64,000 bases of DNA from an uncultured bacterium. GTDB lineage: Bacteria > Chlamydiota > Chlamydiia > Chlamydiales > SM23-39. The notes under the pieces were generated by a model. That model was given only the letters and a program-made list of their open reading frames with translations. It was not told the DNA's origin and searched no databases. A program made the translations under genes and the position numbers. This document shows, piece after piece, positions 45,751 to 56,282 of the stretch. Location of the stretch: the NCBI GenBank assembly GCA_964424735.1, contig CAYRJU010000006.1:2158-66157 (forward strand), read 5' to 3'. Positions within the stretch are counted from its first letter, which is position 1; each line of letters opens with the position of its first letter.

Positions 45751-48681
45751 TCATGTAAAGAGGAAAGGGTGCGTGTCTTGTAGATAGAACCCTTTCGTTT
45801 TTCCTTTGTAAGGGACAAATAAAACCCCATCTTTATCGAGCTCATAAGCTGCTGGAGCATGGAAATGCGTCCATCTCCGTTTTAAGCGAAAGTAATAGTG
45901 CACAGCATGACCCGCCAATCCTTCTCGGAAGAGTTTATTGGAAAGAACCGGAGAAGTGACATAATAGCCCACCTTGGCTCTCAGCCCATCTGGAAGGAAA
46001 AACCAATTGGCTTTAAGAGCCGCAAGCTCTTGAGCAGACAGATCATCCTTTGCGTAATCTGTCCCTTCTACTGCTTGATGAAAACGGCGACCATGCGTGG
46101 GAGAAGTAGTAATGGCAAGATCTGTAGCAGTCGAAAGAGGACGATAAATATGACCTGAGACATCGAGCCAAGAAGCATCACTGTCTATGTTGTAACCTGA
46201 AGCACCTAAAAAGCTCGCTCCTCCTTGAGGAACAATGTCTTTATATTCCAATTGATAGTGGATTTCCCATTTTTGATTGATACTCCCTAAAAGAGTTTGA
46301 TGAAGCCGTCCAAACTCTAGAAAAGCTTGGGCCTCTTTTTGGGCAATTCCCGGAGTATCGTAGGCATAGCATTTATATTTGCATCCGAAAAGAGGGACTC
46401 GTGCGTTTTGAGCTCCAAAAAGAGCAAGAGCGCTTTGCGTTAAGGCTCCGCCTAAACTATGACCCATAAAAATTACGTCTTGAGCCAGTTTAGGACTTTC
46501 CCACTCCAATCCTTCGACAGTTCTATTCAAATAGTGACTAAAGGCACCTTTCTCAAGACGCTCTTCTAAGTCTTTGATTAAACGCTCAGCCCTCTGTTCT
46601 GCTGTTAGCTCGGATATGCCCGTATACTGATGTTTTGCCAAAATTTGTCGAGACAGAACACGGTTTAAAAGCTGCCGTTTTTCTCTTTCTGTGGTTTGCG
46701 TGACCATGTCCTTTGTACGAGGAGTCTGAGGAGACTTGCCAAAGTATTGAACAGCCTGATCCACATCCTCGATCACGAGATAGGCGGCCCATACGGGCAT
46801 CGTAGAACGTCCAAAATAGGTGGTTTCATAGTCTTTCCCAACTGAAAAATTCAAAGAGCCAACTGTTCTTGGATTGGTGTCTGCAAGGACCGAGTCGATC
46901 CCCCGTTCTGCTTCTGGGTCGCTTGCCGTACTGCGATATAGTTTGATGATGGAAGCTCTCTTGCTATCTCGGACAGGTCTTCCGGGGGTTTGTAAATATG
47001 CTTTGGCAACAGGAATCAAAACGTAATTCACATCTCCATTTCCATCATTCAGTAGACCGTCTACATAACACCACCTTTTTTCGTCACCTACAGAAGGAAG
47101 AGGAAGAAGGCGTCCTACTCTTCTCACCCGATCTTTATGCCCATTTGTGGGATCGAGCTGCTCCATCGGTCTAAGTGGGTAGTGGCTCCAGAGACTCTTC
47201 TTGGCTACGATAAAGGTCAAAAGCTCTCGGTACCTATCCTCATTTGAACCATGCATTTGAGGGAAAAGGTGAAAAAGTTCGAGGAGGTTACGACAGGGAT
47301 CATAGATGTTTTTATCCCCCATTGTTTTGTATCCAGAGATGGCTAAATGCGTAATTTTGCGACCGGTAAAGAAATCTTCTTGGGTAGATTCGGGATTTGC
47401 TAAATTTGTATCGACATATAAAATTTCCATCAGACGATGGAAAGATTCTGGAGTTAAATCGCGAATCTTTTCTCCCATCCCTTTCACATTGGCGTATCCA
47501 TTTGCGTATTTAAAAGACTCTAGATAGGTTTTAAAAGAAGCAGAGTCCAGATTATTGGGATACATACTTTGAAATGAGCAATAGATCCCTCGTATTTCTC
47601 TAAGAGAAAACAACCTCGGAACATGTCGCTCAAGGAATTGATCAAACTGAAGAGCAGTTGCAAGAGGAACCGTATCCCCAAATCCTTGTTGCCTCTCAAA
47701 CTCTTTTAAATGACGGAGTCGTAAAAAGAGACTCTCCACCATCGGCATTTCGATGTTATTTGCCGCAATATTGCATTTGAATACATGATCTGGCCGAAGA
47801 GGGCTTCCCTGTTCCAGCATTTCGGCAAAATCAATCCCGAGTGTGCATTTCAAATAACCCAAGAATTGTTCTTCTGGATCTGAAGCTTCGGAGAAAATAC
47901 GGGGATATTCTGTGAGTTCTTGTGCAAAAGTCGCAATATTATCCAAAATGCGCCATCCAAAAGTAGCTCTTAAAAAGGAAAGGTGTGCCTGAACAGCTCC
48001 CTTAATTTCTTCTGGAGTGCAAGCAGCGTTGAGAGGTTGAAGATGAATCTGATTGTCTCTAAGAATAAATCGATAAGAGCCTTGAGCGGCATACTCTGCA
48101 ACAAAGGGGGTTTCATCGGCTCGCAAAGCCTCGGCTGCTAATTGCGTGAAAGAGTCTTGGTAAAGCCCATGTTGAAGAAGGTGGGATCTTTCTTCATTGA
48201 GAGGGCGCGTATAATTTCCTTGAGCTACAGGAGAAGCCTTCCATCCAAACCAACTGCCAACGGAACGGAATTTATCACCCATATAAGAACTAAGGCGGGT
48301 CCACTTAGAGGCGGGTTTAATTTCCACATGGCGCACCCTTACCGAAGGAAAAGGGGTATAAAAAACGTGATAAGTCCAGTAATAAAGAGAGCTGCTTCGT
48401 TGGAGCTCTTCGTGCCAACCAGCCGTCACATCCTTCACTTGCCACTGTGTTCTTAGAGCAGGATCTATGTCTGTTACCGCGGAGAAATCGACCCCATTTG
48501 CGATCAAATTGTCGAGGGAACTTTCTCCTACAGCTCGTGCGACTCGGCTTGCGAGTTCGTAATCTTGGGTGCGGTTGCCAAAACCAGGGGTTGCAATTCT
48601 AATTTCTCGGATAGGATCTGAAGGGGGAGTCGATAGAGACCACAAGGTTTCATCAAGACGGCGTAAAGTGGGTGAAGTCAT
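45751..48681 (-). CDS. Large hypothetical protein with alpha/beta-hydrolase (class-3 lipase-like) GHSLG motif; candidate secreted effector
   Basis: The ATG at 48681 has 'ggaga' upstream; the track start is the TTG at 48711. The nucleophile elbow 'VIFMGHSLGGALTQSA' lies in the C-terminal third. No signal peptide and no TM segment. Confidence 0.55.
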   Translation of the reverse strand: MTSPTLRRLDETLWSLSTPPSDPIREIRIATPGFGNRTQDYELASRVARAVGESSLDNLIANGVDFSAVTDIDPALRTQWQVKDVTAGWHEELQRSSSLYYWTYHVFYTPFPSVRVRHVEIKPASKWTRLSSYMGDKFRSVGSWFGWKASPVAQGNYTRPLNEERSHLLQHGLYQDSFTQLAAEALRADETPFVAEYAAQGSYRFILRDNQIHLQPLNAACTPEEIKGAVQAHLSFLRATFGWRILDNIATFAQELTEYPRIFSEASDPEEQFLGYLKCTLGIDFAEMLEQGSPLRPDHVFKCNIAANNIEMPMVESLFLRLRHLKEFERQQGFGDTVPLATALQFDQFLERHVPRLFSLREIRGIYCSFQSMYPNNLDSASFKTYLESFKYANGYANVKGMGEKIRDLTPESFHRLMEILYVDTNLANPESTQEDFFTGRKITHLAISGYKTMGDKNIYDPCRNLLELFHLFPQMHGSNEDRYRELLTFIVAKKSLWSHYPLRPMEQLDPTNGHKDRVRRVGRLLPLPSVGDEKRWCYVDGLLNDGNGDVNYVLIPVAKAYLQTPGRPVRDSKRASIIKLYRSTASDPEAERGIDSVLADTNPRTVGSLNFSVGKDYETTYFGRSTMPVWAAYLVIEDVDQAVQYFGKSPQTPRTKDMVTQTTEREKRQLLNRVLSRQILAKHQYTGISELTAEQRAERLIKDLEERLEKGAFSHYLNRTVEGLEWESPKLAQDVIFMGHSLGGALTQSALALFGAQNARVPLFGCKYKCYAYDTPGIAQKEAQAFLEFGRLHQTLLGSINQKWEIHYQLEYKDIVPQGGASFLGASGYNIDSDASWLDVSGHIYRPLSTATDLAITTSPTHGRRFHQAVEGTDYAKDDLSAQELAALKANWFFLPDGLRAKVGYYVTSPVLSNKLFREGLAGHAVHYYFRLKRRWTHFHAPAAYELDKDGVLFVPYKGKTKGFYLQDTHPFLFT

Positions 48682-48770
48682 AGCCTTTTCTCCGTTTTTG
48701 AGGAATATCAAAAATTTTAAGGAAAAGTATGAACCTATAAAAATTTTAATTCTAGAAATTTTTTTAAAAC

Positions 48771-49370
48771 CTAATAATCAGCAGGAGGTAAAGGAGGCTC
48801 ATGTCGATACACAGGGATTCCTCCTTCTTTAGCAGAAGGAGAAGAAGAGGGAGACAGAACGCCTCCACTCTGACTGCGAGGAAGAGATTGCATCGATGAA
48901 GACTTCCGGACATAAGGAGGAGATCTCAAGTCGGGCGAAAGCACTGCGGAAGGAGTAGAGTCCGGTGAAACGGAACTACTTGAAAGAGTGCGCTGGTGGT
49001 TTTGTGTGTCTGGAGCTAGTAGCTCGCTACCAATGGGATGGCGTGGAGGAAGACCTAAAGTTTGAGAGGCGGTTGTTCGTATAGCCTGGCTCCTTTCCGA
49101 ATTGGGCAATTCTGAGGTAAAACGTAATCCTGCGCTGCTACCAGAAGAGGAAGAAGAGGGAGAGGAGGCTACAGATTGTTGTGGACTAAGTCCAGAACCA
49201 CCGACTTGAGTCGCGCGGATTTGCCAAGAGAGTCCTAGGATTGGATTATTTCTGTAATTATCCCGTTTTGTCGCTTCTTGGATCGATATATGTTGAGCTG
49301 CTGCTTTTTCCTCTTCACCATTTCTTCTATAATACTCTTCTATTGCCCGTTGTATATTAGGCATGGACAT
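48771..49370 (-). CDS. Ser/Pro-rich, probably disordered hypothetical protein
   Basis: The ATG at 49370 is preceded by a 'gggggg' run. Low-complexity stretches 'SSPSSSSSGSSAG' and 'SSSSVSPDSTPSAVLSPDLRSPP' are present, ending in 'PPLPPADY'. Confidence 0.4.
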   Translation of the reverse strand: MSMPNIQRAIEEYYRRNGEEEKAAAQHISIQEATKRDNYRNNPILGLSWQIRATQVGGSGLSPQQSVASSPSSSSSGSSAGLRFTSELPNSERSQAIRTTASQTLGLPPRHPIGSELLAPDTQNHQRTLSSSSVSPDSTPSAVLSPDLRSPPYVRKSSSMQSLPRSQSGGVLSPSSSPSAKEGGIPVYRHEPPLPPADY

Positions 49371-49416
49371 AAAACCCCCCTTTTTTGACAGACAGCATGA
49401 AACGATAATCAAATTT

Positions 49417-50583
49417 TTACAAGAAAGAAGTATTCAAAACCATTTCTGTCATGGCGTCCACGCACTGATCTACCTCTTTCTCAGTATTATAGACACCAAA
49501 AGAAATCCTCGCTGCAGCCTCTAGTCCAAACTTTCGAAGCAGCGGCTGCGCGCAGAGATGCCCTGAGCGAATGGCGATATTTTTCATATCTAAAAAGCTC
49601 GCCAAATCTAAGGGATGGACTCCATCGATATGGAAGGTGAGGATCGGTCCTTTTTTCGGCGCAGTGCCGATGATTTTTAGATTGGGAATTTGCGAGAGCC
49701 TTTCCGTTGCATATTCTAGAAGCGAAGAAGCTCCAAAATGCTCCTCTACAAATTCGAGAGCGCTTTTGAGGGCAACGACTTCGGCGATGATCGGCGTTCC
49801 CGCCTCAAAGCGAAGAGGGGGCGCTTGGTAGGTTGTTTCTTCTTTGTCAACCCGAACGATCATATCGCCTCCCCCTTGAATGGGAGGCATTTTTTCGAGC
49901 CATTCTCTTTTTCCAAAGAGAACTCCGACTCCTGTCGGTCCATAGCATTTATGCCCAGAAAAGGCGTAAAAATCGCAGTGGAGCGCCTGCACGTCGATTT
50001 TCATGTGGGGCGCCGCTTGAGCTCCATCGACGAGCAGTTTGGCGCCGACTCTATGGGCAGCTTTTCCGATTTCTGCGATGGGATGGATCGTTCCCGTGAC
50101 GTTGGACATATGAGCCAAGGCCACGATTTTTGTCCGCGGCGTGATTTGCCCTTCCCACTCTAAAACGCCCCTTTCATCGAAGGGAATGAAACGCAAGAGG
50201 GCGCCCGTTTCTTTGGCGAGCATTTGCCAAGGGACAAAGTTGGAATGGTGCTCCATTTCTGAGATGAGGATCTCATCTTGAGGTTTTAGGAACGTTTTAC
50301 CAAAACTCTTTGCGACTAGATTGATGCCATCGGTGGTCCCGCGCGTAAAAATGATCTCATCGGGATCGGCGTTGAGAAAACGGGCAGCTTTCAGACGCGT
50401 CTCGTGGTATTTTTCGCTCGCACGAGCCGATTGCTGGTAGATTGCGCGGTGCACCGTCGCGTATTCTTCCTCATAAAATTGACGGAGTGCCTCGATCACA
50501 GATTTTGGTTTTTGAGCCGTTGCCGCCGTATCGAGATAGATGAGTTTGGGATGTTTTGTAAAAATGGGAAATTCATGGCGCAT
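49417..50583 (-). CDS. sufS: Cysteine desulfurase SufS (group II)
   Basis: The ATG at 50583 gives 'MRHEFPIF...IYLDTAATAQKP'. The PLP-Lys lies in 'FSGHKCYGPTGVGVL' and the catalytic Cys in 'RSGHLCAQP'. Confidence 0.92.
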   Translation of the reverse strand: MRHEFPIFTKHPKLIYLDTAATAQKPKSVIEALRQFYEEEYATVHRAIYQQSARASEKYHETRLKAARFLNADPDEIIFTRGTTDGINLVAKSFGKTFLKPQDEILISEMEHHSNFVPWQMLAKETGALLRFIPFDERGVLEWEGQITPRTKIVALAHMSNVTGTIHPIAEIGKAAHRVGAKLLVDGAQAAPHMKIDVQALHCDFYAFSGHKCYGPTGVGVLFGKREWLEKMPPIQGGGDMIVRVDKEETTYQAPPLRFEAGTPIIAEVVALKSALEFVEEHFGASSLLEYATERLSQIPNLKIIGTAPKKGPILTFHIDGVHPLDLASFLDMKNIAIRSGHLCAQPLLRKFGLEAAARISFGVYNTEKEVDQCVDAMTEMVLNTSFL

Positions 50584-51688
50584 GATCGGTGATCTCCCTA
50601 CAAAATCCTTCGAGAAGACACTCTCTTGCCTCTTCGAGACCAAGGCCTCTAGAGCGCAGATAAAAAAGCGCCTCTTCATCGAGCGAGCCCGTCGTCGATC
50701 CGTGAGACGCTTTCACATCGTCGGCAAAAATCTCGAGGTTGGGTTTTGCATTGGCAACCGCTTCTGAGCCCAAAATGAGATTATTGTTCAGCTGATAGCT
50801 CTCCGTTTTTTGTGCAGCAGGGCGAACGAGGATTTTCCCCTCGAAAGAAAAGCGGCTGCTTTCTTTTAAAACGCTTTTGAAATGCTGTCTTGAGCGGGCG
50901 TGAGGTGCGATGTGCTCCACTTCGGCATGAATATGCGCCTCCTCGGTACCTCCCAATCTGGCAAGACCCAAGAGCTCTGCCTGAGCATTTTCCTCTACGA
51001 GCTCGACCCGAAGAGAATTTCTTAAAGGGCTACCCAAAAAGATCGCTTTCAGTTTGCTATCCCTTTTCAAAATCGCCCGAACAGCTTGGAAATCGCCCCC
51101 TGCTCGATCGATGAATGTTGCCTGAGCGCCCGCCTCTAGCACCCAATCGAGAACCACGTTGGAAAAACCAGAAACCCCTTCCCTTGTTTGCTCTAGAGTC
51201 AGTTCCGCCTCTTTCCCCAAATAGATATGAAGACGAGGCGATGCCATTTCATCTTGAGAATAGAGTTGCCGTAAAGAGAGTTTCGCCTTGCATTTGGGAG
51301 GTAGATAGAGAAAAGCCCCCTTACCAAAAGCCGCTCCATTGAGAGCCGCAAACGGATCTTTTTCCTGTCCGATACTCAAACCCCATCGATTTTGCAGAAA
51401 AAGACCAAAGGTTCGCATGGCCTCTTCGAGACTCAAACAGATGATCGGCTGAGGTACTTTAGAGCTTTCTTCTTCAAAAAACCCATCGACAAAAAGCAGC
51501 CCGTCAACCGGAGCATGTGTCTGAAGTTTACGCTCAGCCCATTTTGGAAAATCCGCGAATTTCCTCGTCAGATACTGAAACGCCTCTTGCTTGGGTTTAG
51601 GAAGTCCGATTCTCTGAAATCGATCCCACCCCTTTTTTCGGTAATTGAGAAGGGGATCTTTTGGATCTAAAAGATGCGCTTCAAGCAT
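50573..51688 (-). CDS. sufD: Fe-S cluster assembly protein SufD
   Basis: 371 aa in the sufC-sufD-sufS order. The C-terminal '[30 protein letters not shown]' is the SufB/D family motif. Confidence 0.88.
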   Translation of the reverse strand: MLEAHLLDPKDPLLNYRKKGWDRFQRIGLPKPKQEAFQYLTRKFADFPKWAERKLQTHAPVDGLLFVDGFFEEESSKVPQPIICLSLEEAMRTFGLFLQNRWGLSIGQEKDPFAALNGAAFGKGAFLYLPPKCKAKLSLRQLYSQDEMASPRLHIYLGKEAELTLEQTREGVSGFSNVVLDWVLEAGAQATFIDRAGGDFQAVRAILKRDSKLKAIFLGSPLRNSLRVELVEENAQAELLGLARLGGTEEAHIHAEVEHIAPHARSRQHFKSVLKESSRFSFEGKILVRPAAQKTESYQLNNNLILGSEAVANAKPNLEIFADDVKASHGSTTGSLDEEALFYLRSRGLGLEEARECLLEGFCREITDHAP

Positions 51689-52373
51689 AACCCTTCTCTT
51701 CGAGTTCTAGGGCAAGCTCTGGCCCTCCAGTTCGAACGATTTTTCCTCCCGCGAGCACATGCACGAAATCGGGCCGGATGTAATCGAGAAGTCTTTGATA
51801 GTGCGTGATGATGAGGAGCGCATTTTCAGTCCCACGCATCGCATTGACCCCATCTGCTACAATCCGCATGGCGTCGATATCGAGTCCCGAATCGGTCTCA
51901 TCGAGAACTGCGAGATCGGGCCTCAAAAGGCTCATCTGCAAAATCTCATTTCTCTTTTTCTCTCCCCCTGAAAATCCTTCGTTGAGACTGCGATCTAAAA
52001 ACTCTTGGGGAATTTTTAACTGCTCCGCCTTCTCTTCGATATTCCCCTCTTTGCCTTGCGCTTTCATTGCAGATTCGAGGAATTGGCGATTGGTCACTCC
52101 AGTAATTTCTAGAGGATACTGAAAACTCATGAAGAGTCCCAAACGGGCCCTCTCTTCGGGCTCGAGCTCTAAGAGATCTTGTCCTTTAAACCAGATCTTG
52201 CCACTCGTCACCTCATAAGCAGGATGGCCAGCCAAAATTTTGGCAAGAGTCGACTTCCCCGCACCATTGGGTCCCATGATGGCATGAACTTGCCCTTTCT
52301 CAAGGCGCAAATTCAACCCCTTCAAAATGGGTTTTCCATCGACTTCTGCAAATACATTCTCAATTTCTAACAT
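51681..52373 (-). CDS. sufC: Fe-S cluster assembly ATPase SufC
   Basis: Walker A 'GPNGAGKST', the ABC signature '[12 protein letters not shown]' and Walker B '[12 protein letters not shown]' are present. Confidence 0.95.
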   Translation of the reverse strand: MLEIENVFAEVDGKPILKGLNLRLEKGQVHAIMGPNGAGKSTLAKILAGHPAYEVTSGKIWFKGQDLLELEPEERARLGLFMSFQYPLEITGVTNRQFLESAMKAQGKEGNIEEKAEQLKIPQEFLDRSLNEGFSGGEKKRNEILQMSLLRPDLAVLDETDSGLDIDAMRIVADGVNAMRGTENALLIITHYQRLLDYIRPDFVHVLAGGKIVRTGGPELALELEEKGYA

Positions 52374-52379
52374 GAACCC

Positions 52380-53792
52380 CTATCCCACCGAGTTTTCTAA
52401 TTTTAAAGCTAATAACTTTTGGGCTTCTTGAGCAAATTCAAGAGGCAATTCTTTAATGACATCCTTGCAAAATCCATTGACGATCAAATTGATGGCATCC
52501 TCTCTGGCAATCCCGCGACTCTGTAAATAGAAAAGTTGCTCCTCATTCATCTTGGATGTGGAGGCTTCGTGCTCTATGTGCGCTTCGCTGCCCGCAGCTT
52601 CAATGTAGGGAAACGTGTTGGCAGAGCAGCGGTTTCCGACGAGCATCGAGTCGCACTGCGTGTAGTTTCTCGCACCTTTTGCCTTCGGAATCATTTTTAC
52701 AAGTCCTCGGTAGCTATTGTGGGACTCATCCGCAGAAATCCCCTTCGAGATAATCGTCGAGCGCGTGTTTTTGCCAATATGGATCATCTTAGTCCCCGTA
52801 TCGGCCTGCATTTTTCCATTTGTCAAAGCCACAGAATAAAACTCCCCGACCGATCGATCTCCTCGCAAAATACAGCTCGGATACTTCCACGTAATAGCGG
52901 CTCCCACCTCCACCTGCGTCCAAGAGATTTTTGCCTCTTCGAGACAAAGCCCCCGCTTGGTGACGAAGTTGTAAATCCCCCCTTTTCCGGTCTCAGGATC
53001 GCCCGCATACCAGTTTTGGACCGTCGAATACTTGATCTCAGATCTCTCCTTGGCAATCAGCTCGACAACCGCCGCATGCAGCTGGTTGGTATCATAGGCG
53101 GGCGCCGTACATCCCTCGAGATAGCTCACATAGGACCCCTCTTCGGCAATGATGAGGGTTCTTTCAAACTGTCCCGTCTCCTTCTCGTTGATCCTGAAAT
53201 AGGTCGAGAGCTCCACGGGACATCTCACACCCTTAGGGACATAGACAAAAGAGCCATCGGAAAAAACAGCTGAATTGAGGGCAGCAAAAAAGTTGTCCCC
53301 GATCGGCACGACGGTTCCGAGATACTCCTCGATGATCTCTGGGTATTTCTTCAATCCCTCAGAGATCGAGCAGAGAACAACCCCCGCCTCTGCCAGCTGC
53401 TTGTGGAACGTCGTTCCAAGCGACACAGAGTCAAAGACGACGTCGATGGCCACGTTGGTGAGCCGCTTTTGCTCATCGAGGGGGATCCCCAATTTCTCAA
53501 ACGTTCTCAAAATCTCTGGGTCCACCTGATCCAAACTCTCCAGCCTCGGCTTGGATTTGGGCTCGGCATAGTAAGAAATGTCTTGGTAATTGATGGGGGG
53601 GTACTTGACGTTCGGCCAAGAGGGCTCTTCCATCTCCTGCCATTTCTGAAACGCCTTCAGCCGGAACTTCAACATGAACTCCGGCTCTTCCTTACGGGCC
53701 GAAATAGCACGGATCGTCTCTTCGCTTAAGCCTTTAGGAAAAACCTCAGACTCTACCTCGGTAACAAAACCATATTTATACTCTGTCGTCAT
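52380..53792 (-). CDS. sufB: Fe-S cluster assembly scaffold SufB
   Basis: The ATG at 53792 is preferred; the track start is the TTG at 53837. '[14 protein letters not shown]', 'QNWYAGD' and '[22 protein letters not shown]' are present. Confidence 0.95.
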   Translation of the reverse strand: MTTEYKYGFVTEVESEVFPKGLSEETIRAISARKEEPEFMLKFRLKAFQKWQEMEEPSWPNVKYPPINYQDISYYAEPKSKPRLESLDQVDPEILRTFEKLGIPLDEQKRLTNVAIDVVFDSVSLGTTFHKQLAEAGVVLCSISEGLKKYPEIIEEYLGTVVPIGDNFFAALNSAVFSDGSFVYVPKGVRCPVELSTYFRINEKETGQFERTLIIAEEGSYVSYLEGCTAPAYDTNQLHAAVVELIAKERSEIKYSTVQNWYAGDPETGKGGIYNFVTKRGLCLEEAKISWTQVEVGAAITWKYPSCILRGDRSVGEFYSVALTNGKMQADTGTKMIHIGKNTRSTIISKGISADESHNSYRGLVKMIPKAKGARNYTQCDSMLVGNRCSANTFPYIEAAGSEAHIEHEASTSKMNEEQLFYLQSRGIAREDAINLIVNGFCKDVIKELPLEFAQEAQKLLALKLENSVG

Positions 53793-53891
53793 AAGAAGAA
53801 TGGATTTTACCCCACCTATCCTTTCAGCGTCAACCAATTAACATCAACTAATTGTTTAATACAAAGATAAATCGTATAATTAGAATTAATT

Positions 53892-54191
53892 ATGATTAAG
53901 CACCCGGCCTTCATATTACCGATTCGGTCCAAATTGGACATGTTGAATGACATTGTTCAAATTGTTTGTTACCTTCATGAGGGCAATCGGAAGGAGGCAG
54001 AAAAGGCCATTCAAGATCTCAAAGTACGAGCGCTTTTCTTAAATCCCGAGATTCAGAACCGGGTTCTCATCTTTACGGATCAGGTGCATTTCCAATACAA
54101 TTTTGATCCTTGGCACAAAGTGACGCCCGACGTGCAAAAAGCGGCCGACAAGCTCATCGAAGAGTTAGGGTTCCAGCCACCCTCTGGATAG
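53892..54191 (+). CDS. Small hypothetical protein (99 aa)
   Basis: Non-overlapping ORF, divergent from sufB. I recognised no motif. Confidence 0.4.
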   Translation: MIKHPAFILPIRSKLDMLNDIVQIVCYLHEGNRKEAEKAIQDLKVRALFLNPEIQNRVLIFTDQVHFQYNFDPWHKVTPDVQKAADKLIEELGFQPPSG

Positions 54192-54238
54192 AAAATCTGT
54201 TTGCTGGTATTTTCTTTTTCCAATTTAGGAGATTTTAT

Positions 54239-54544
54239 ATGGCAGCCCCTTCCCTACCAAACATCGGCAGTTTCGGACAGCAAATGCTTGACGAAATCCA
54301 AAAATCATTACAACCCCATGACATGAAGCTCTCTTATGATTCATCCAAAAGGGTATTCACTATTCTCAACAGCGCCCGTTACAATCGAGAGGAGATTCAA
54401 CGTTTTCTTCGAGAAGGGATTTCTCACGTAGCTTATGTACCAATCTTGCTAGGCCTCGATGCCTCTAGTCGGGACCATGTGTTTAATTTGCGGCCTAGCT
54501 CACTGGATAGCGCTTCTCTTGCTGACGCTTTAGCCCCAGTCTAA
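54239..54544 (+). CDS. Small hypothetical protein (101 aa)
   Basis: The ATG at 54239 has 'aggag' 8 nt upstream. The longer track ORF (54110) overlaps the previous gene. Confidence 0.4.
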   Translation: MAAPSLPNIGSFGQQMLDEIQKSLQPHDMKLSYDSSKRVFTILNSARYNREEIQRFLREGISHVAYVPILLGLDASSRDHVFNLRPSSLDSASLADALAPV

Positions 54545-55372
54545 ATTGGCCCCTCTCCCTAAAACGCCTTTGAAGAGATCTCCCTTTTTGGCGAGCCGAT
54601 CGGGAACAGTGCAGATCGTAAACTCTTTTGGATTAAGACCCGGTTTCACTTCGCTCCAATCGAGTGGAGTGGAAACGGGCGCCCCGGGAAAAGCGCGCAC
54701 AGAATAGGGAGCTGCGACGAGCTGGCCTTTCGAGTTTTGGAGCGTATCGATGTAGACTTTGCGCTTTCTCTTTGCTGGATTCCTCTCAAGCGAGATGATT
54801 TTGGGAAGAGTTTTGGAGGTGAGTTTGGCAATTTCCATTGCATAGAAGCGCGTTTCTTCGTAGCTGTATTTTGCTTTTAGAGGGATGAAAATGTGAAGGC
54901 CCGTTCCCCCTGACGTTTTGCAAAAATTGGGAAACTTTAACTTTTCCAAAAGATCGTGGATGACGAGCGCCGTATCGATGACCGCTTCAAACGAAATCGA
55001 TTCGGGATCGAGATCGAGCACTAAATAATCGGGCTTATCGAGATGTTTTATGGTCGAATTGAAAAGGTGCATCTCAATCGATCCCAAATTGGCGATATAG
55101 AGAAGGGTGTTGACGTTTTGGGCCAAAATATAGTGCACCTTTCGATTGGCGTGGGTAATGGAGACCGTTTTGACAAATTCGGGAACCTCTCTCACATCTT
55201 TTTGATAAAAACCTTCGGCTCCAATGCCATTTGGAAAGCGGTGCATCACCAAAGGACGATCTTTCGTATAGCGCAAAAGGGTTTTTGCCACCGCTTCATA
55301 ATACTGCAGCATTTCGCCCTTCTTGATCTTTTCTTTGGGCCAGTAAATCTTATCTGGATGGGTGAATTTCAT
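54530..55372 (-). CDS. LigD-type primase-polymerase (AEP) domain protein, stand-alone
   Basis: 'MKFTHPDKIYWPKEKIKKGEMLQYYEAVAKTLLRYTKDRPLVMHRFPNGI..FYQKD' and 'LDLDP' are typical of the LigD polymerase domain. Confidence 0.85.
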   Translation of the reverse strand: MKFTHPDKIYWPKEKIKKGEMLQYYEAVAKTLLRYTKDRPLVMHRFPNGIGAEGFYQKDVREVPEFVKTVSITHANRKVHYILAQNVNTLLYIANLGSIEMHLFNSTIKHLDKPDYLVLDLDPESISFEAVIDTALVIHDLLEKLKFPNFCKTSGGTGLHIFIPLKAKYSYEETRFYAMEIAKLTSKTLPKIISLERNPAKRKRKVYIDTLQNSKGQLVAAPYSVRAFPGAPVSTPLDWSEVKPGLNPKEFTICTVPDRLAKKGDLFKGVLGRGANLDWG

Positions 55373-56274
55373 TCGCGCACCACTTTTTTAGCAGGTTTAT
55401 CATAGCGCATCCCTTTAAAAATGGGATGGCGCAATTTTCCCTCATCGGTCCACTCGGTAAATTCTACTTCGCAGACGAGTTTTGGCTTGACCCAAGTGAT
55501 CGAAGGATCGGATTTAGGGGGAACCTCGAAAGGACACTTTGGGCTCACCACTTTCTCGAGATCGGCATACGTCTCTTCCAAAAGCGCTCGCGTAAATCCT
55601 CCGCCCACTAAACCTGCATAGAGAAGTTTTCCTTTCTGATATACACCGATGAGAAGAGCGCCAAATCTCTTTCGACTGCCTTTGGGCTCGGTAAAACCGC
55701 CAATCACTACCTCTTGCCGATTTTTGGTCTTGATTTTGAGCCAATTGCGCGTGCGCCGAAACTGGTAGACGCTGTCTGCTTTTTTGGCAATGATCCCCTC
55801 GAGTCCTTTTTGTTCTGCCTTTTTAAAAAAGGCTTTTCCATGAGTCAAAATATGAGAGCTGTAACGGACAGATTTAAGTCCTTTGAGAAGATCCTTTAAA
55901 ATCTTTTTTCTCTTTAGTAAAGGAAGCGCCCTCAGATCTTTTCCATTTCGCTCGAGGAGATCGAAGACATAAAAGTAGGGAGTGCCCACTTTTTTCTTAT
56001 AGTAGTTTTGCAGCATTTGGAAATTGGACTTTCCCGATTTTTCAAAAATCACAATTTCCCCATCGAGGATAAAAGAGCCCGAGATTTTTTCCAATTCATG
56101 GACGAGAGTGGGAAAACGCTTATTGAAGGATTGCTTGCCCCGCGAAATGAGTTTGAGGGCGCCATTTTTTTTCGCAAACGCACGATAGCCATCCCATTTG
56201 ATCTCGAAGATCCAACCCTTTTCATCAAAGGGCTCATCCACTAACGTGCAGAGCATCGGCGAAAGATTTTTCAT
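55369..56274 (-). CDS. ATP-dependent DNA ligase (LigD ligase domain), stand-alone
   Basis: The ATG at 56274 avoids overlap with the antitoxin gene. The adenylation motif 'FEIKWDGYRAF', 'LDGEIV' and 'EGIIAKK' are present. Its stop overlaps the polymerase gene start (ATGA). Confidence 0.88.
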   Translation of the reverse strand: MKNLSPMLCTLVDEPFDEKGWIFEIKWDGYRAFAKKNGALKLISRGKQSFNKRFPTLVHELEKISGSFILDGEIVIFEKSGKSNFQMLQNYYKKKVGTPYFYVFDLLERNGKDLRALPLLKRKKILKDLLKGLKSVRYSSHILTHGKAFFKKAEQKGLEGIIAKKADSVYQFRRTRNWLKIKTKNRQEVVIGGFTEPKGSRKRFGALLIGVYQKGKLLYAGLVGGGFTRALLEETYADLEKVVSPKCPFEVPPKSDPSITWVKPKLVCEVEFTEWTDEGKLRHPIFKGMRYDKPAKKVVRE

Positions 56275-56282
56275 ATTTAGGA

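Noticed and set aside
52536-53273. 245-aa ORF on the + strand
   Set aside because: It lies entirely antisense within sufB, whose minus-strand translation carries unmistakable SufB motifs. The + strand product is Arg/Leu/Ser-rich with no motif, so it is an antisense shadow ORF.
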